From the NCBI RefSeq assembly GCF_003019035.1, contig NZ_CP027447.1: a stretch of 64,000 nucleotides of DNA. The stretch is one strand, 5' to 3'. A program made the position numbers and the translations under genes. Source of the stretch: Escherichia coli. Its GTDB lineage: Bacteria; Pseudomonadota; Gammaproteobacteria; Enterobacterales; Enterobacteriaceae. Below, piece by piece: positions 9,215 to 20,325 of this stretch. The notes beneath the pieces are model-generated. The model saw nothing but the letters and a program-made list of their open reading frames with translations, was not told the DNA's origin and did no database searches. How positions within the stretch are numbered: the stretch's first letter is position 1; the number at the start of each line of letters is the position of its first letter.

Positions 9215-11776
9215 ATGAGTGCAATAGAAAATTTTGATGCCCATACGCCCATGATGCAGCAGTATCTCAAGCTGAAAGCCCAGCATCCCGAGATCCTGCT
9301 GTTCTATCGGATGGGTGACTTTTACGAACTGTTTTATGACGACGCGAAACGCGCCTCGCAGCTGCTGGATATTTCACTGACCAAACGCGGTGCTTCCGCG
9401 GGAGAGCCGATCCCGATGGCGGGGATCCCCTACCATGCGGTGGAAAACTATCTCGCCAAACTGGTGAATCAGGGCGAGTCCGTTGCCATCTGCGAACAAA
9501 TTGGCGATCCGGCGACCAGCAAAGGTCCGGTTGAGCGCAAAGTTGTGCGTATCGTTACGCCGGGCACCATCAGCGATGAAGCGCTGTTGCAGGAGCGTCA
9601 GGATAACCTGCTGGCAGCTATCTGGCAGGACAGCAAAGGGTTCGGCTACGCGACGCTGGATATCAGTTCCGGGCGTTTTCGCCTGAGCGAACCGGCTGAC
9701 CGGGAAACGATGGCGGCAGAACTGCAACGCACTAATCCGGCGGAACTGCTGTATGCAGAAGATTTTGCTGAAATGTCGTTAATTGAAGGTCGTCGCGGTC
9801 TGCGCCGTCGTCCGCTGTGGGAGTTTGAAATCGACACCGCGCGCCAGCAGTTGAATCTGCAATTTGGCACCCGCGATCTGGTCGGTTTTGGCGTCGAGAA
9901 CGCGCCGCGCGGACTTTGTGCTGCCGGTTGTCTGTTGCAGTATGCGAAAGATACCCAACGTACGACTCTGCCGCATATTCGTTCCATCACCATGGAACGT
10001 GAGCAGGACAGCATCATTATGGATGCCGCGACGCGTCGTAATCTGGAAATCACCCAGAACCTGGCGGGCGGTGCGGAAAACACGCTGGCTTCAGTGCTCG
10101 ACTGCACCGTCACGCCGATGGGCAGCCGTATGCTGAAACGCTGGCTGCATATGCCAGTGCGCGATACCCGCGTGTTGCTTGAGCGCCAGCAAACTATTGG
10201 CGCATTGCAGGATTTCACCGCCGAGCTGCAGCCGGTACTGCGTCAGGTCGGCGACCTGGAACGTATTCTGGCGCGTCTGGCTTTACGAACTGCTCGCCCA
10301 CGCGATCTGGCCCGTATGCGTCACGCTTTCCAGCAACTGCCGGAGCTGCGTGCGCTATTAGAAAATGTCGATAGCGCTCCGGTACAGGCGTTGCGTGAAA
10401 AAATGGGCGAGTTTGCCGAGCTGCGCGATCTGCTGGAGCGAGCAATCATCGACACACCGCCAGTGCTGGTACGCGACGGTGGTGTTATCGCACCGGGCTA
10501 TAACGAAGAGCTGGATGAGTGGCGCGCGCTGGCTGACGGCGCGACCGATTATCTGGAGCGTCTGGAAGTCCGCGAGCGTGAACGTACTGGCCTGGACACG
10601 CTGAAAGTCGGCTTTAACGCGGTTCATGGTTATTACATTCAGATCAGCCGTGGACAAAGCCATCTGGCACCCATCAATTACATGCGTCGCCAGACGCTGA
10701 AAAACGCCGAGCGCTACATTATTCCAGAGCTAAAAGAGTACGAAGATAAAGTTCTCACCTCAAAAGGCAAAGCACTGGCACTGGAAAAACAGCTTTATGA
10801 AGAGCTGTTCGACCTGCTGTTGCCGCATCTGGAAGCGTTGCAACAGAGCGCAAGCGCACTGGCAGAACTTGATGTGCTGGTTAACCTGGCGGAGCGGGCC
10901 TATACCCTGAACTACACCTGCCCGACCTTTATTGATAAACCGGGTATTCGCATCACCGAAGGCCGCCATCCGGTGGTTGAACAGGTACTGAACGAGCCAT
11001 TTATCGCCAACCCGCTGAACCTGTCGCCGCAGCGCCGCATGTTGATCATCACCGGTCCGAACATGGGCGGTAAAAGTACCTATATGCGCCAGACCGCGTT
11101 GATTGCGCTGATGGCCTATATCGGCAGCTACGTACCGGCGCAAAAAGTCGAGATTGGGCCGATCGACCGTATCTTCACGCGCGTAGGAGCAGCGGACGAT
11201 CTGGCATCCGGGCGTTCAACCTTTATGGTGGAAATGACCGAAACCGCCAATATTTTACATAACGCCACCGAGTACAGTCTGGTGCTGATGGATGAGATTG
11301 GGCGCGGAACCTCCACTTACGATGGTCTGTCGCTGGCGTGGGCGTGCGCGGAAAATCTGGCGAATAAGATTAAAGCGTTGACGTTGTTTGCCACCCACTA
11401 TTTCGAGCTAACCCAGTTACCGGAGAAAATGGAAGGCGTCGCCAACGTGCATCTTGATGCACTGGAGCACGGCGACACCATTGCCTTTATGCACAGCGTG
11501 CAGGATGGCGCGGCGAGCAAAAGCTACGGCCTGGCGGTTGCTGCTCTGGCGGGCGTGCCAAAAGAGGTTATTAAGCGCGCACGGCAAAAACTGCGTGAGC
11601 TGGAAAGCATTTCGCCGAACGCCGCCGCTACGCAAGTGGATGGTACGCAAATGTCTTTGCTGTCAGTGCCAGAAGAAACGTCGCCTGCGGTCGAGGCACT
11701 GGAAAACCTGGACCCGGATTCACTCACCCCGCGTCAGGCGCTGGAATGGATTTATCGCTTGAAGAGTCTGGTGTAA
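9215..11776 (+). CDS. mutS: DNA mismatch repair protein MutS (853 aa)
   Basis: 853 aa, Walker [10 protein letters not shown], characteristic N-terminal mismatch-binding region. Confidence 0.97.
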   Translation: MSAIENFDAHTPMMQQYLKLKAQHPEILLFYRMGDFYELFYDDAKRASQLLDISLTKRGASAGEPIPMAGIPYHAVENYLAKLVNQGESVAICEQIGDPATSKGPVERKVVRIVTPGTISDEALLQERQDNLLAAIWQDSKGFGYATLDISSGRFRLSEPADRETMAAELQRTNPAELLYAEDFAEMSLIEGRRGLRRRPLWEFEIDTARQQLNLQFGTRDLVGFGVENAPRGLCAAGCLLQYAKDTQRTTLPHIRSITMEREQDSIIMDAATRRNLEITQNLAGGAENTLASVLDCTVTPMGSRMLKRWLHMPVRDTRVLLERQQTIGALQDFTAELQPVLRQVGDLERILARLALRTARPRDLARMRHAFQQLPELRALLENVDSAPVQALREKMGEFAELRDLLERAIIDTPPVLVRDGGVIAPGYNEELDEWRALADGATDYLERLEVRERERTGLDTLKVGFNAVHGYYIQISRGQSHLAPINYMRRQTLKNAERYIIPELKEYEDKVLTSKGKALALEKQLYEELFDLLLPHLEALQQSASALAELDVLVNLAERAYTLNYTCPTFIDKPGIRITEGRHPVVEQVLNEPFIANPLNLSPQRRMLIITGPNMGGKSTYMRQTALIALMAYIGSYVPAQKVEIGPIDRIFTRVGAADDLASGRSTFMVEMTETANILHNATEYSLVLMDEIGRGTSTYDGLSLAWACAENLANKIKALTLFATHYFELTQLPEKMEGVANVHLDALEHGDTIAFMHSVQDGAASKSYGLAVAALAGVPKEVIKRARQKLRELESISPNAAATQVDGTQMSLLSVPEETSPAVEALENLDPDSLTPRQALEWIYRLKSLV

Positions 11777-11881
11777 TAACAATTCCCGATAGTCTTTTGC
11801 TATCGGGAATATTAACGACAACTGACGAATCAAATAAAAATACCCTGTATAATAGGAAAGCTTATTTTACAGGGTAAAACC

Positions 11882-12538
11882 ATGCCATCTACACGCTATC
11901 AAAAAATCAATGCCCATCACTATCGCCATATATGGGCCGTTGGTGATATTCATGGTGACTATCAATTATTACAATCCCGCTTACATCAACTCTCTTTTTG
12001 CCCTGAAACCGACTTACTTATTTCTGTCGGCGATAATATTGATCGTGGGCCGGAGAGTCTTAACGTACTACGCCTGTTAAACCAGCCCTGGTTTACATCG
12101 GTTAAAGGCAACCATGAAGCGATGGCGCTTGATGCATTCGAAACTGGCGATGGAAATATGTGGCTTGCCAGCGGTGGTGACTGGTTTTTCGATTTAAATG
12201 ATTCAGAGCAACAAGAGGCAATAAATCTGTTGCTGAAATTTCATCGCCTTCCACATATTATTGAAATCACTAACGACATAATAAAATATGTCATCGCACA
12301 TGCAGATTATCCGGAGAATGAATATCTCTTTGGCAAAGAAATAGCGGAGAGCGAATTACTCTGGCCTGTTGATCGTGTGCAGAAATCACTTAATAGCGAA
12401 TTACAAAAAATAAACGGTGCCGACTTCTTTATATTTGGTCATATGATGTTTGATAACACTCAGACGTTCGCTAACCAGATTTATATTGATACCGGATCGC
12501 CGAAAAGCGGGCGGCTGTCATTTTATAAAATAAAGTAG
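11882..12538 (+). CDS. pphB: Serine/threonine protein phosphatase 2 (PPP family, 218 aa)
   Basis: GDIHG and GNHE metallophosphatase motifs, 218 aa. Confidence 0.9.
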   Translation: MPSTRYQKINAHHYRHIWAVGDIHGDYQLLQSRLHQLSFCPETDLLISVGDNIDRGPESLNVLRLLNQPWFTSVKGNHEAMALDAFETGDGNMWLASGGDWFFDLNDSEQQEAINLLLKFHRLPHIIEITNDIIKYVIAHADYPENEYLFGKEIAESELLWPVDRVQKSLNSELQKINGADFFIFGHMMFDNTQTFANQIYIDTGSPKSGRLSFYKIK

Positions 12539-12563
12539 TCTCATGCTTCTTCTGTGAAGCATG
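12539..12563. terminator. Bidirectional hairpin between convergent pphB and ygbI (TCATGCTTC...GAAGCATGA)
   Basis: 9-bp inverted repeat immediately after pphB stop. Confidence 0.4.
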
Positions 12564-12588
12564 AGTAACCCGGTGTTATTGCAGGCCA

Positions 12589-13386
12589 TTATTCATTTTT
12601 CGCTACCAGCAAAGAGAGATCCTGCTTCGCCAGCGCGCGACTGGCACTCTCCGGCAAACCGTCGTCTGTAATAATCTGATCAAACTCGCTTAATGGTAAC
12701 GCCAGCCATGTCGCCACCTGACCATATTTCGTCGCATCACAGACCAAAACTCGCTGGCGGCTGGCACTGGCAATCGCCCGTTTCACCGTGACTTTATCTT
12801 CCGCTGGCGTAGAAATCCCCCGCACACTCCATGACGATGCAGAAATAAAAGCCTGATCAATCATCAGGCTGCGCAGCATGGTCGCAGCGGCTTCCCCGAC
12901 ACAGGAACGGTTTTCCCGACACACTGCACCGCCAGTGTGAATAATTGTGCAATTACTGTTGTCGAGCAAGTAGTCCGCAATAACGAAATCGTTTGTGACC
13001 ACAGTCAGTGACTCCATGTGAATCAGATGCTGTGCTATCGCTAGCGTGGTCGTTCCCGCATCCAGATAGATACAACTTCCCGGCTGAACAAGACTTGCCG
13101 CCAGCTTGCCAATAGCCGCTTTTTGCGTCATTGCCAGCGCAGTTTTTACCTGATGAGAAGGTTCATGCGCCACGCGTCCCGGAGACTGGACGCCTCCGGA
13201 CACCAGCACAACGGCTCCCTGCTGCTCCAGTTTTTGTAAATCCCGACGAATGGTCATATGTGACACATTCATTCTGTCCGTTAGTTCAGCAATACTGACA
13301 ATGCCTTTTTCAGCTACCATCTCAAGGATGATTTGGCGACGCTCTACGGGTATCAACTTTTGCTCCTTCCTTTGTCCTGCTGACAT
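12589..13386 (-). CDS. ygbI: DeoR-family transcriptional regulator of the adjacent tetronate operon
   Basis: N-terminal HTH and C-terminal DeoR sugar-binding fold; start uncertain (reference protein is ~10 aa shorter). Confidence 0.85.
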   Translation of the reverse strand: MSAGQRKEQKLIPVERRQIILEMVAEKGIVSIAELTDRMNVSHMTIRRDLQKLEQQGAVVLVSGGVQSPGRVAHEPSHQVKTALAMTQKAAIGKLAASLVQPGSCIYLDAGTTTLAIAQHLIHMESLTVVTNDFVIADYLLDNSNCTIIHTGGAVCRENRSCVGEAAATMLRSLMIDQAFISASSWSVRGISTPAEDKVTVKRAIASASRQRVLVCDATKYGQVATWLALPLSEFDQIITDDGLPESASRALAKQDLSLLVAKNE

Positions 13387-13464
13387 TCTACGCTATTTGC
13401 CTGCGAAACGTGCGCGGCGCAACTAACGCTTAGTTCACATAAAATAACACACAATGTTAATTTT

Positions 13465-13480
13465 TGTGAATCAGCTCACC
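13465..13480. promoter_or_regulatory. CRP-like site TGTGA-N6-TCACC in ygbI/ltnD divergent promoter
   Basis: Match to TGTGA-N6-TCACA half sites read in sequence. Confidence 0.35.
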
Positions 13481-13551
13481 ATATCGTTATCTTCCAGCGC
13501 TTATATTCACAATATCAAACAAAATATCACTTAAATTAACAAGGAGAACAG

Positions 13552-14460
13552 ATGAAAACGGGATCTGAGTTTCATGTCGGTATCGTTGGCTTAGGGTCAA
13601 TGGGAATGGGAGCAGCACTGTCATGTGTCCGCGCAGGTCTTTCTACCTGGGGCGCAGACCTGAACAGCAATGCCTGCGCTACGTTGAAAGAGGCAGGTGC
13701 TTGCGGGGTTTCTGATAACGCCGCGACGTTTGCCGAAAAACTGGACGCTCTGCTGGTGCTGGTGGTCAATGCGGCCCAGGTTAAACAGGTGCTGTTTGGT
13801 GAAACAGGCGTTACACAACATCTGAAACCCGGTACGGCAGTAATGGTTTCTTCCACTATCGCTAGTGCTGATGCGCAAGAAATTGCTACCGCTCTGGCTG
13901 GATTCGATCTGGAAATGCTGGATGCGCCAGTTTCTGGTGGTGCAGTAAAAGCCGCTAACGGTGAAATGACTGTCATGGCCTCCGGTAGCGATATTGCCTT
14001 TGAACGACTGGCACCCGTGCTGGAAGCCGTTGCCGGAAAAGTTTATCGCATAGGTGCAGAACCGGGACCAGGTTCGACCGTAAAAATTATTCACCAGTTG
14101 TTAGCGGGCGTACATATTGCTGCCGGAGCCGAAGCGATGGCACTTGCAGCCCGTGCGGGGATCCCGCTGGATGTGATGTATGACGTCGTGACCAATGCCG
14201 CCGGAAATTCCTGGATGTTCGAAAACCGGATGCGTCATGTGGTGGATGGCGATTACACCCCGCATTCAGCCGTCGATATTTTTGTTAAGGATCTTGGTCT
14301 GGTTGCCGATACAGCCAAAGCCCTGCACTTCCCGCTGCCATTGGCCTCAACAGCATTGAATATGTTCACCAGCGCCAGTAACGCGGGTTACGGGAAAGAA
14401 GACGATAGCGCAGTTATCAAGATTTTCTCTGGCATCACTCTACCGGGAGCGAAATCATGA
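13552..14460 (+). CDS. ltnD: L-threonate dehydrogenase (3-hydroxyisobutyrate dehydrogenase family, 302 aa)
   Basis: N-terminal Rossmann GxxGxxG (VGIVGLGSMGMG); corresponds to ygbJ. Confidence 0.88.
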   Translation: MKTGSEFHVGIVGLGSMGMGAALSCVRAGLSTWGADLNSNACATLKEAGACGVSDNAATFAEKLDALLVLVVNAAQVKQVLFGETGVTQHLKPGTAVMVSSTIASADAQEIATALAGFDLEMLDAPVSGGAVKAANGEMTVMASGSDIAFERLAPVLEAVAGKVYRIGAEPGPGSTVKIIHQLLAGVHIAAGAEAMALAARAGIPLDVMYDVVTNAAGNSWMFENRMRHVVDGDYTPHSAVDIFVKDLGLVADTAKALHFPLPLASTALNMFTSASNAGYGKEDDSAVIKIFSGITLPGAKS

Positions 14461-15719
14461 TCAAGATTGGCGTTATCGCCGATGATTTTACCGGCGCGAC
14501 GGATATCGCCAGTTTTCTGGTGGAAAACGGTCTACCAACGGTACAAATTAACGGTGTTCCAACAGGTAAAATGCCGGAAGCAATCGACGCACTGGTGATC
14601 AGCCTGAAAACGCGTTCCTGTCCGGTGGTTGAAGCCACACAGCAATCGCTGGCGGCTCTGAGCTGGTTGCAACAGCAAGGTTGCAAACAGATCTATTTCA
14701 AATACTGCTCTACTTTCGACAGTACGGCGAAAGGTAATATCGGCCCGGTTACCGATGCATTAATGGATGCTCTCGACACGCCGTTTACGGTCTTCTCTCC
14801 GGCCCTGCCGGTCAACGGACGTACGGTTTATCAGGGGTATTTGTTCGTAATGAATCAACTGCTGGCCGAATCCGGGATGCGCCATCACCCGGTAAATCCC
14901 ATGACCGACAGCTATCTTCCTCGTCTGGTTGAAGCGCAATCCACAGGGCGCTGCGGCGTCGTTTCGGCACATGTTTTCGAACAAGGTGTGGATGCCGTTC
15001 GTCAAGAGCTGGCTCGCTTACAGCAAGAGGGCTACCGCTACGCGGTGCTTGATGCGCTGACCGAATACCATCTGGAAATTCAGGGAGAAGCCTTGCGCGA
15101 TGCCCCACTGGTAACGGGCGGTTCTGGTCTGGCGATTGGCCTTGCCCGGCAGTGGGCGCAAGAAAACGGTAACCAGGCTCGCAAAGCAGGGCATCCGCTC
15201 GCTGGGCGCGGCGTAGTGCTCTCCGGTTCATGCTCTCAAATGACCAACCGCCAGGTAGCACATTACCGTCAAATTGCACCAGCCCGTGAAGTTGATGTGG
15301 CACGCTGCCTCTCAATTGAAACTCTGGCCGCTTATGCACACGAACTGGCAGAGTGGGTTCTGGGCCAGGAAAGTGTACTTGCTCCACTGGTTTTTGCCAC
15401 CGCAAGCACTGACGCATTGGCAGCAATTCAACAGCAATACGGTGCACAAAAAGCCAGTCAGGCAGTAGAAACACTGTTTTCTCAACTAGCGGCGCGGTTA
15501 GCAGCGGAAGGCGTGACACGCTTTATTGTCGCAGGCGGTGAGACCTCCGGCGTAGTCACACAGAGCCTGGGAATAAAAGGGTTTCATATTGGCCCAACCA
15601 TTTCCCCTGGCGTGCCGTGGGTAAACGCACTGGATAAGCCTGTCTCACTCGCCCTTAAATCTGGCAACTTCGGTGATGAAGCCTTTTTTTCACGAGCCCA
15701 AAGAGAGTTTTTATCATGA
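14457..15719 (+). CDS. otnK: 3-oxo-tetronate kinase (DUF1537 family, 420 aa)
   Basis: 420 aa, overlapping start/stop with neighbours; corresponds to ygbK. Confidence 0.85.
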   Translation: MIKIGVIADDFTGATDIASFLVENGLPTVQINGVPTGKMPEAIDALVISLKTRSCPVVEATQQSLAALSWLQQQGCKQIYFKYCSTFDSTAKGNIGPVTDALMDALDTPFTVFSPALPVNGRTVYQGYLFVMNQLLAESGMRHHPVNPMTDSYLPRLVEAQSTGRCGVVSAHVFEQGVDAVRQELARLQQEGYRYAVLDALTEYHLEIQGEALRDAPLVTGGSGLAIGLARQWAQENGNQARKAGHPLAGRGVVLSGSCSQMTNRQVAHYRQIAPAREVDVARCLSIETLAAYAHELAEWVLGQESVLAPLVFATASTDALAAIQQQYGAQKASQAVETLFSQLAARLAAEGVTRFIVAGGETSGVVTQSLGIKGFHIGPTISPGVPWVNALDKPVSLALKSGNFGDEAFFSRAQREFLS

Positions 15720-16354
15720 GCGATTTCGCAAAAGTAGAGCAGTCTTTGCGAGAGGAGATGACGCGGATTGCCAGTTCATTCTTTCAGCGCGGCTATGCAA
15801 CCGGTTCGGCTGGCAATCTGTCGCTGCTTTTACCTGACGGGAATTTACTGGCGACACCGACAGGTTCATGCCTGGGCAATCTCGATCCGCAGCGGCTTTC
15901 CAAAGTCGCCGCGGATGGCGAATGGTTAAGTGGTGACAAACCCTCGAAAGAGGTGCTCTTTCATCTGGCGCTGTATCGCAACAATCCGCGCTGTAAAGCG
16001 GTGGTGCATTTGCACAGCACATGGTCGACGGCGCTTTCCTGCCTGCAAGGGCTGGACAGCAGCAACGTTATTCGTCCGTTCACACCATACGTGGTGATGC
16101 GGATGGGAAATATCCCGCTGGTGCCTTATTACCGACCGGGCGATAAACGCATCGCACAGGATCTGGCGGAACTGGCAGCAGACAATCAGGCTTTTTTACT
16201 GGCAAATCATGGCCCAGTGGTTTGCGGTGAAAGCCTGCAAGAAGCCGCCAACAATATGGAAGAGCTGGAGGAAACGGCAAAGCTGATTTTTATTCTCGGT
16301 GACCGCCCGATCCGTTATCTGACCGCAGGTGAAATTGCGGAATTAAGGAGTTAA
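15716..16354 (+). CDS. otnC: 3-oxo-tetronate 4-phosphate decarboxylase (class II aldolase/adducin family, 212 aa)
   Basis: Class II aldolase-like sequence; corresponds to ygbL. Confidence 0.85.
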   Translation: MSDFAKVEQSLREEMTRIASSFFQRGYATGSAGNLSLLLPDGNLLATPTGSCLGNLDPQRLSKVAADGEWLSGDKPSKEVLFHLALYRNNPRCKAVVHLHSTWSTALSCLQGLDSSNVIRPFTPYVVMRMGNIPLVPYYRPGDKRIAQDLAELAADNQAFLLANHGPVVCGESLQEAANNMEELEETAKLIFILGDRPIRYLTAGEIAELRS

Positions 16355-16358
16355 TGCA

Positions 16359-17135
16359 ATGCCTCGTTTTGCAGCTAATTTATCCATGATGTTCACCGAA
16401 GTGCCTTTTATTGAACGCTTCGCCGCAGCGCGAAAAGCCGGGTTCGATGCTGTGGAATTTCTGTTTCCCTATAACTACTCCACCCTGCAAATCCAAAAGC
16501 AACTGGAGCAAAACCATCTGACACTGGCGCTGTTCAATACCGCTCCCGGAGATATTAATGCGGGGGAATGGGGATTATCCGCCCTTCCCGGACGTGAGCA
16601 CGAAGCACACGCAGACATCGACCTGGCACTGGAATATGCATTGGCGCTCAATTGTGAACAAGTCCATGTGATGGCAGGCGTCGTGCCCGCTGGCGAAGAT
16701 GCTGAACGGTACAGGGCAGTATTTATCGATAATCTCCGCTACGCTGCCGACCGCTTTGCGCCACACGGCAAGCGAATATTAGTTGAAGCACTCAGCCCCG
16801 GCGTTAAGCCTCATTATCTCTTCTCCAGCCAGTATCAGGCACTGGCTATTGTTGAAGAAGTTGCGCGAGATAACGTGTTTATTCAACTAGATACTTTTCA
16901 TGCGCAAAAAGTAGATGGCAACCTGACGCATTTAATCCGCGACTACGCCGGGAAATATGCGCACGTACAAATTGCCGGACTACCTGATCGACATGAACCG
17001 GACGATGGAGAAATCAACTATCCGTGGCTGTTCCGCCTGTTCGATGAGGTGGGATATCAGGGCTGGATCGGTTGTGAATATAAACCTCGTGGCCTCACCG
17101 AAGAAGGGCTTGGCTGGTTTGACGCCTGGCGCTAA
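16359..17135 (+). CDS. otnI: 2-oxo-tetronate isomerase (hydroxypyruvate isomerase/TIM-barrel family, 258 aa)
   Basis: Xylose isomerase-like TIM barrel; corresponds to ygbM. Confidence 0.85.
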   Translation: MPRFAANLSMMFTEVPFIERFAAARKAGFDAVEFLFPYNYSTLQIQKQLEQNHLTLALFNTAPGDINAGEWGLSALPGREHEAHADIDLALEYALALNCEQVHVMAGVVPAGEDAERYRAVFIDNLRYAADRFAPHGKRILVEALSPGVKPHYLFSSQYQALAIVEEVARDNVFIQLDTFHAQKVDGNLTHLIRDYAGKYAHVQIAGLPDRHEPDDGEINYPWLFRLFDEVGYQGWIGCEYKPRGLTEEGLGWFDAWR

Positions 17136-17223
17136 TTCGTTAAATCCCTAATTACAACGTACCCATACATCCCCCCATCTACGGATGGGGTAGGTTAACT
17201 ATAACTTTCAGACAGGGTTTCCC

Positions 17224-18588
17224 ATGTCCACAATTACATTGTTATGCATTGCGTTAACTGGCGTAATCATGCTGTTGCTGCTGGTCATCAAGGCAAAGGT
17301 ACAACCATTCGTTGCTCTGCTCCTCGTCAGCCTGTTAGTCGCACTTGCGGCGGGTATACCGGCGGGCGAAGTGGGTAAAGTGATGATCGCCGGGATGGGC
17401 GGTGTGCTTGGTTCCGTCACTATTATTATTGGTCTGGGCGCTATGCTGGGGCGTATGATCGAACACTCTGGTGGTGCAGAGTCACTGGCTAATTATTTCA
17501 GTCGCAAGTTAGGTGACAAACGAACTATCGCTGCACTGACTCTGGCAGCGTTCTTCCTCGGTATCCCCGTCTTCTTTGATGTCGGCTTTATTATTCTTGC
17601 GCCAATCATTTACGGTTTTGCCAAGGTTGCCAAAATATCGCCACTCAAATTTGGCCTGCCTGTCGCTGGGATCATGCTCACTGTTCATGTGGCGGTACCG
17701 CCGCATCCAGGCCCTGTCGCCGCAGCGGGGTTACTCCACGCAGACATCGGCTGGCTAACCATCATCGGTATTGCGATTTCTATTCCCGTAGGGATTGTTG
17801 GCTACTTTGCAGCGAAAATAATCAATAAGCGCCAATATGCAATGTCGGTGGAAGTACTGGAACAGATGCAACTGGCTCCGACCAGTGAGGAAGGCGCGAC
17901 AAAATTAAGCGATAAAATAAATCCACCGGGCGTCGCGCTGGTCACCTCGCTAATTGTTATTCCTATCGCGATTATCATGGCGGGTACGGTTTCCGCAACA
18001 CTGATGCCGCCTTCGCATCCCCTGCTTGGTACGCTACAGCTGATCGGCTCACCAATGGTAGCTCTAATGATTGCGCTGGTGCTGGCATTCTGGTTATTGG
18101 CTTTACGTCGCGGCTGGAGCTTACAACACACCAGCGACATTATGGGCTCAGCCCTTCCCACCGCGGCGGTAGTGATTTTGGTTACTGGTGCTGGAGGGGT
18201 ATTTGGCAAAGTGCTGGTGGAATCGGGCGTCGGCAAAGCCCTTGCCAACATGCTACAAATGATTGACCTGCCTCTGTTACCAGCCGCATTTATTATTTCA
18301 CTGGCGCTGCGTGCATCGCAGGGGTCAGCAACCGTAGCAATCCTGACAACCGGCGGGTTACTCTCAGAAGCGGTGATGGGATTGAATCCGATTCAGTGCG
18401 TATTGGTGACGCTGGCAGCCTGCTTTGGTGGGCTTGGCGCGTCACATATTAATGACTCAGGGTTCTGGATTGTGACCAAATATCTGGGGTTGTCGGTAGC
18501 AGACGGTCTGAAAACCTGGACAGTGTTAACGACCATTCTCGGTTTTACCGGATTCTTAATTACCTGGTGCGTATGGGCGGTAATTTGA
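17224..18588 (+). CDS. ygbN: GntP-family acid-sugar permease (454 aa)
   Basis: Highly hydrophobic 454-aa ORF with GntP-like topology. Confidence 0.88.
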   Translation: MSTITLLCIALTGVIMLLLLVIKAKVQPFVALLLVSLLVALAAGIPAGEVGKVMIAGMGGVLGSVTIIIGLGAMLGRMIEHSGGAESLANYFSRKLGDKRTIAALTLAAFFLGIPVFFDVGFIILAPIIYGFAKVAKISPLKFGLPVAGIMLTVHVAVPPHPGPVAAAGLLHADIGWLTIIGIAISIPVGIVGYFAAKIINKRQYAMSVEVLEQMQLAPTSEEGATKLSDKINPPGVALVTSLIVIPIAIIMAGTVSATLMPPSHPLLGTLQLIGSPMVALMIALVLAFWLLALRRGWSLQHTSDIMGSALPTAAVVILVTGAGGVFGKVLVESGVGKALANMLQMIDLPLLPAAFIISLALRASQGSATVAILTTGGLLSEAVMGLNPIQCVLVTLAACFGGLGASHINDSGFWIVTKYLGLSVADGLKTWTVLTTILGFTGFLITWCVWAVI

Positions 18589-18595
18589 CCTTAAT

Positions 18596-18626
18596 AAAAA
18601 GGTCCGATGGGCATCGGACCTTTTAT
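18596..18626. terminator. Bidirectional rho-independent terminator between convergent ygbN and the decarboxylase small-subunit gene
   Basis: AAAAGGTCCGATG..CATCGGACCTTTT inverted repeat flanked by A/T runs. Confidence 0.55.
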
Positions 18627-18863
18627 TTAGCGCTTACCTTCCGCCAGCAGCGGCGGGATGCTCGGCACCATCGGCGCGTCATCAATATCTTTCTGCGTCA
18701 TGCGGAACGCTTCGGGATAATGTTCGCGGCTGGTGCGGCGCAGCGGTTCGGTATCGCGCCAGGTATAGAGGCAATGCTGGCACTGGTAGACCGTCCAGAC
18801 ATCTTTTACCGGCGATTTCGCCATCACTTCAATCTGTTCATCAGCACAACGTGGACAAATCAT
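18627..18863 (-). CDS. Small subunit of UbiD/UbiX-type aromatic acid decarboxylase (EcdD/KpdD/BsdD-like, 78 aa), zinc-ribbon CPRC...CQHC
   Basis: 78-aa ORF with two Cys pairs, AAGGAG RBS, immediately downstream of UbiD-like gene. Confidence 0.75.
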   Translation of the reverse strand: MICPRCADEQIEVMAKSPVKDVWTVYQCQHCLYTWRDTEPLRRTSREHYPEAFRMTQKDIDDAPMVPSIPPLLAEGKR

Positions 18864-18873
18864 CTTGTTCTCC

Positions 18874-20325
18874 TTATTGACGTGCGGCCAGCATAGCGGT
18901 CAGTTTTTCAGCCCAGGCTTTGGTTTCCGGTAAATCCACCACCGGCTGACTGTAGTGACCGCGGTTGTCCGGGGCGACAGGCGTGGTGGCGTCGATAATC
19001 AGCTTGTCGGTGATCCCCGCCGGGCTTGAGCCTGGGTCGAGTTCCAGCACGGACATATTCGGCAACTGCACCAAATCCCCTGCCGGGTTCACTTTCGAGG
19101 AGAGCGCCCACATCACCTGCGGCAGGTTGAACGGATCAACGTCTTCATCGACCATAATCACCATCTTCACATAGCCCAGACCGTGCGGCGTGGTCATCGC
19201 ACGGAGGCCCACCGCGCGGGCAAAGCCACCGTAGCGTTTTTTGGTGGAGATAATCGCCAGCAGGCCGTGGGTGTACATGGCGTTTACCGCCTGCACTTCC
19301 GGGAACTCGGCTTTCAGTTGCTGATACAGCGGCACGCAGGTGGCTGGCCCCATCAGGTAGTCGATTTCCGTCCACGGCATCCCGAGATAGAGCGATTCAA
19401 AAATGGGTTTGCTGCGATAAGAGACGTTATCGATGCGCACCACGGTCATGTTGCGCCCGCCGGAGTAGTGCCCGGTAAACTCACCGAACGGCCCTTCGAT
19501 TTCACGTTTACGGCTTTCGATGACACCTTCGAGGATCACTTCTGAACCCCACGGCACATCAAAACCAGTCAGCGGGGCGGTGGCGATCGGGTACGGGCTT
19601 TCACGCAGCGCGCCTGCCATTTCGTACTCGGACTGATCATATTTCAGCGGCGTGGCCCCCATCAGCGTGATGATCGGATCGTTACCGAGGGTGATCGCAA
19701 TCGGCAGATCTTCACCGCGCTCTTCCGCTTTATGCAGATGCAGGGCGATATCGTGCATCGGCACCGGTTGCAGGCCGAGCTTACGTTTGCCCTTCACTTC
19801 CATGCGGTAGATACCGACGTTCTGCTTGCCGAAGTTATCCGGATCAAGCGGATCGCGGGAAACCACGCACGCTTTGTCGAGATAGAAACCGCCATCGCCA
19901 TCGTTTAAACGAAACAGCGGCAGGATATCGAACAGGTTGATCTCGTCTCCATCGACGGTGTTCTGCGCCCAGGCTGGATTGGCTCGGCGTTCCGGGGCAA
20001 TCGGGAAGTTGTCCCAGCGGCGGATAAACTCATCGATCTGTTTTTTAACCGGGGTATTTGGCGGCAGGCCGAGGGAAATCGCGTGGTTCTGCCAGGAACC
20101 GATGGTGTTCATCGCCACGCGGGCATCGGTAAAGCCGCGAATATTATCAAACCACAGCGCTGGCGCGCCGTCGCCGATACGCCCGGTGGCGTTGGCTGCG
20201 GCTGCCAGATCCGGTTCTGCGTTCACCTCTTCGCTGATTTTCAGCAATTGCCCATGGTCGTCGAGCGCCCTACCAGGCCATCGGCGTAACCGGCACGGAT
20301 ACCGGCGAGCGTTTTCATACTGCAC
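18874..20325 (-). CDS. UbiD-family (prenyl-FMN dependent) decarboxylase, EcdC/KpdC-like; N-terminal ~18 codons are non-homologous read-through from a deletion junction, start codon uncertain
   Basis: ~465 residues of UbiD-family sequence; ORF begins at GTG 20325 inside the upstream UbiX-like fragment. Confidence 0.7.
   Translation of the reverse strand: MQYENARRYPCRLRRWPGRALDDHGQLLKISEEVNAEPDLAAAANATGRIGDGAPALWFDNIRGFTDARVAMNTIGSWQNHAISLGLPPNTPVKKQIDEFIRRWDNFPIAPERRANPAWAQNTVDGDEINLFDILPLFRLNDGDGGFYLDKACVVSRDPLDPDNFGKQNVGIYRMEVKGKRKLGLQPVPMHDIALHLHKAEERGEDLPIAITLGNDPIITLMGATPLKYDQSEYEMAGALRESPYPIATAPLTGFDVPWGSEVILEGVIESRKREIEGPFGEFTGHYSGGRNMTVVRIDNVSYRSKPIFESLYLGMPWTEIDYLMGPATCVPLYQQLKAEFPEVQAVNAMYTHGLLAIISTKKRYGGFARAVGLRAMTTPHGLGYVKMVIMVDEDVDPFNLPQVMWALSSKVNPAGDLVQLPNMSVLELDPGSSPAGITDKLIIDATTPVAPDNRGHYSQPVVDLPETKAWAEKLTAMLAARQ

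Noticed and set aside
8985-9218. 77-aa ORF in the ygbA-mutS intergenic region
   Set aside because: No RBS, no recognisable family, abuts the mutS start; more likely promoter or leader sequence.
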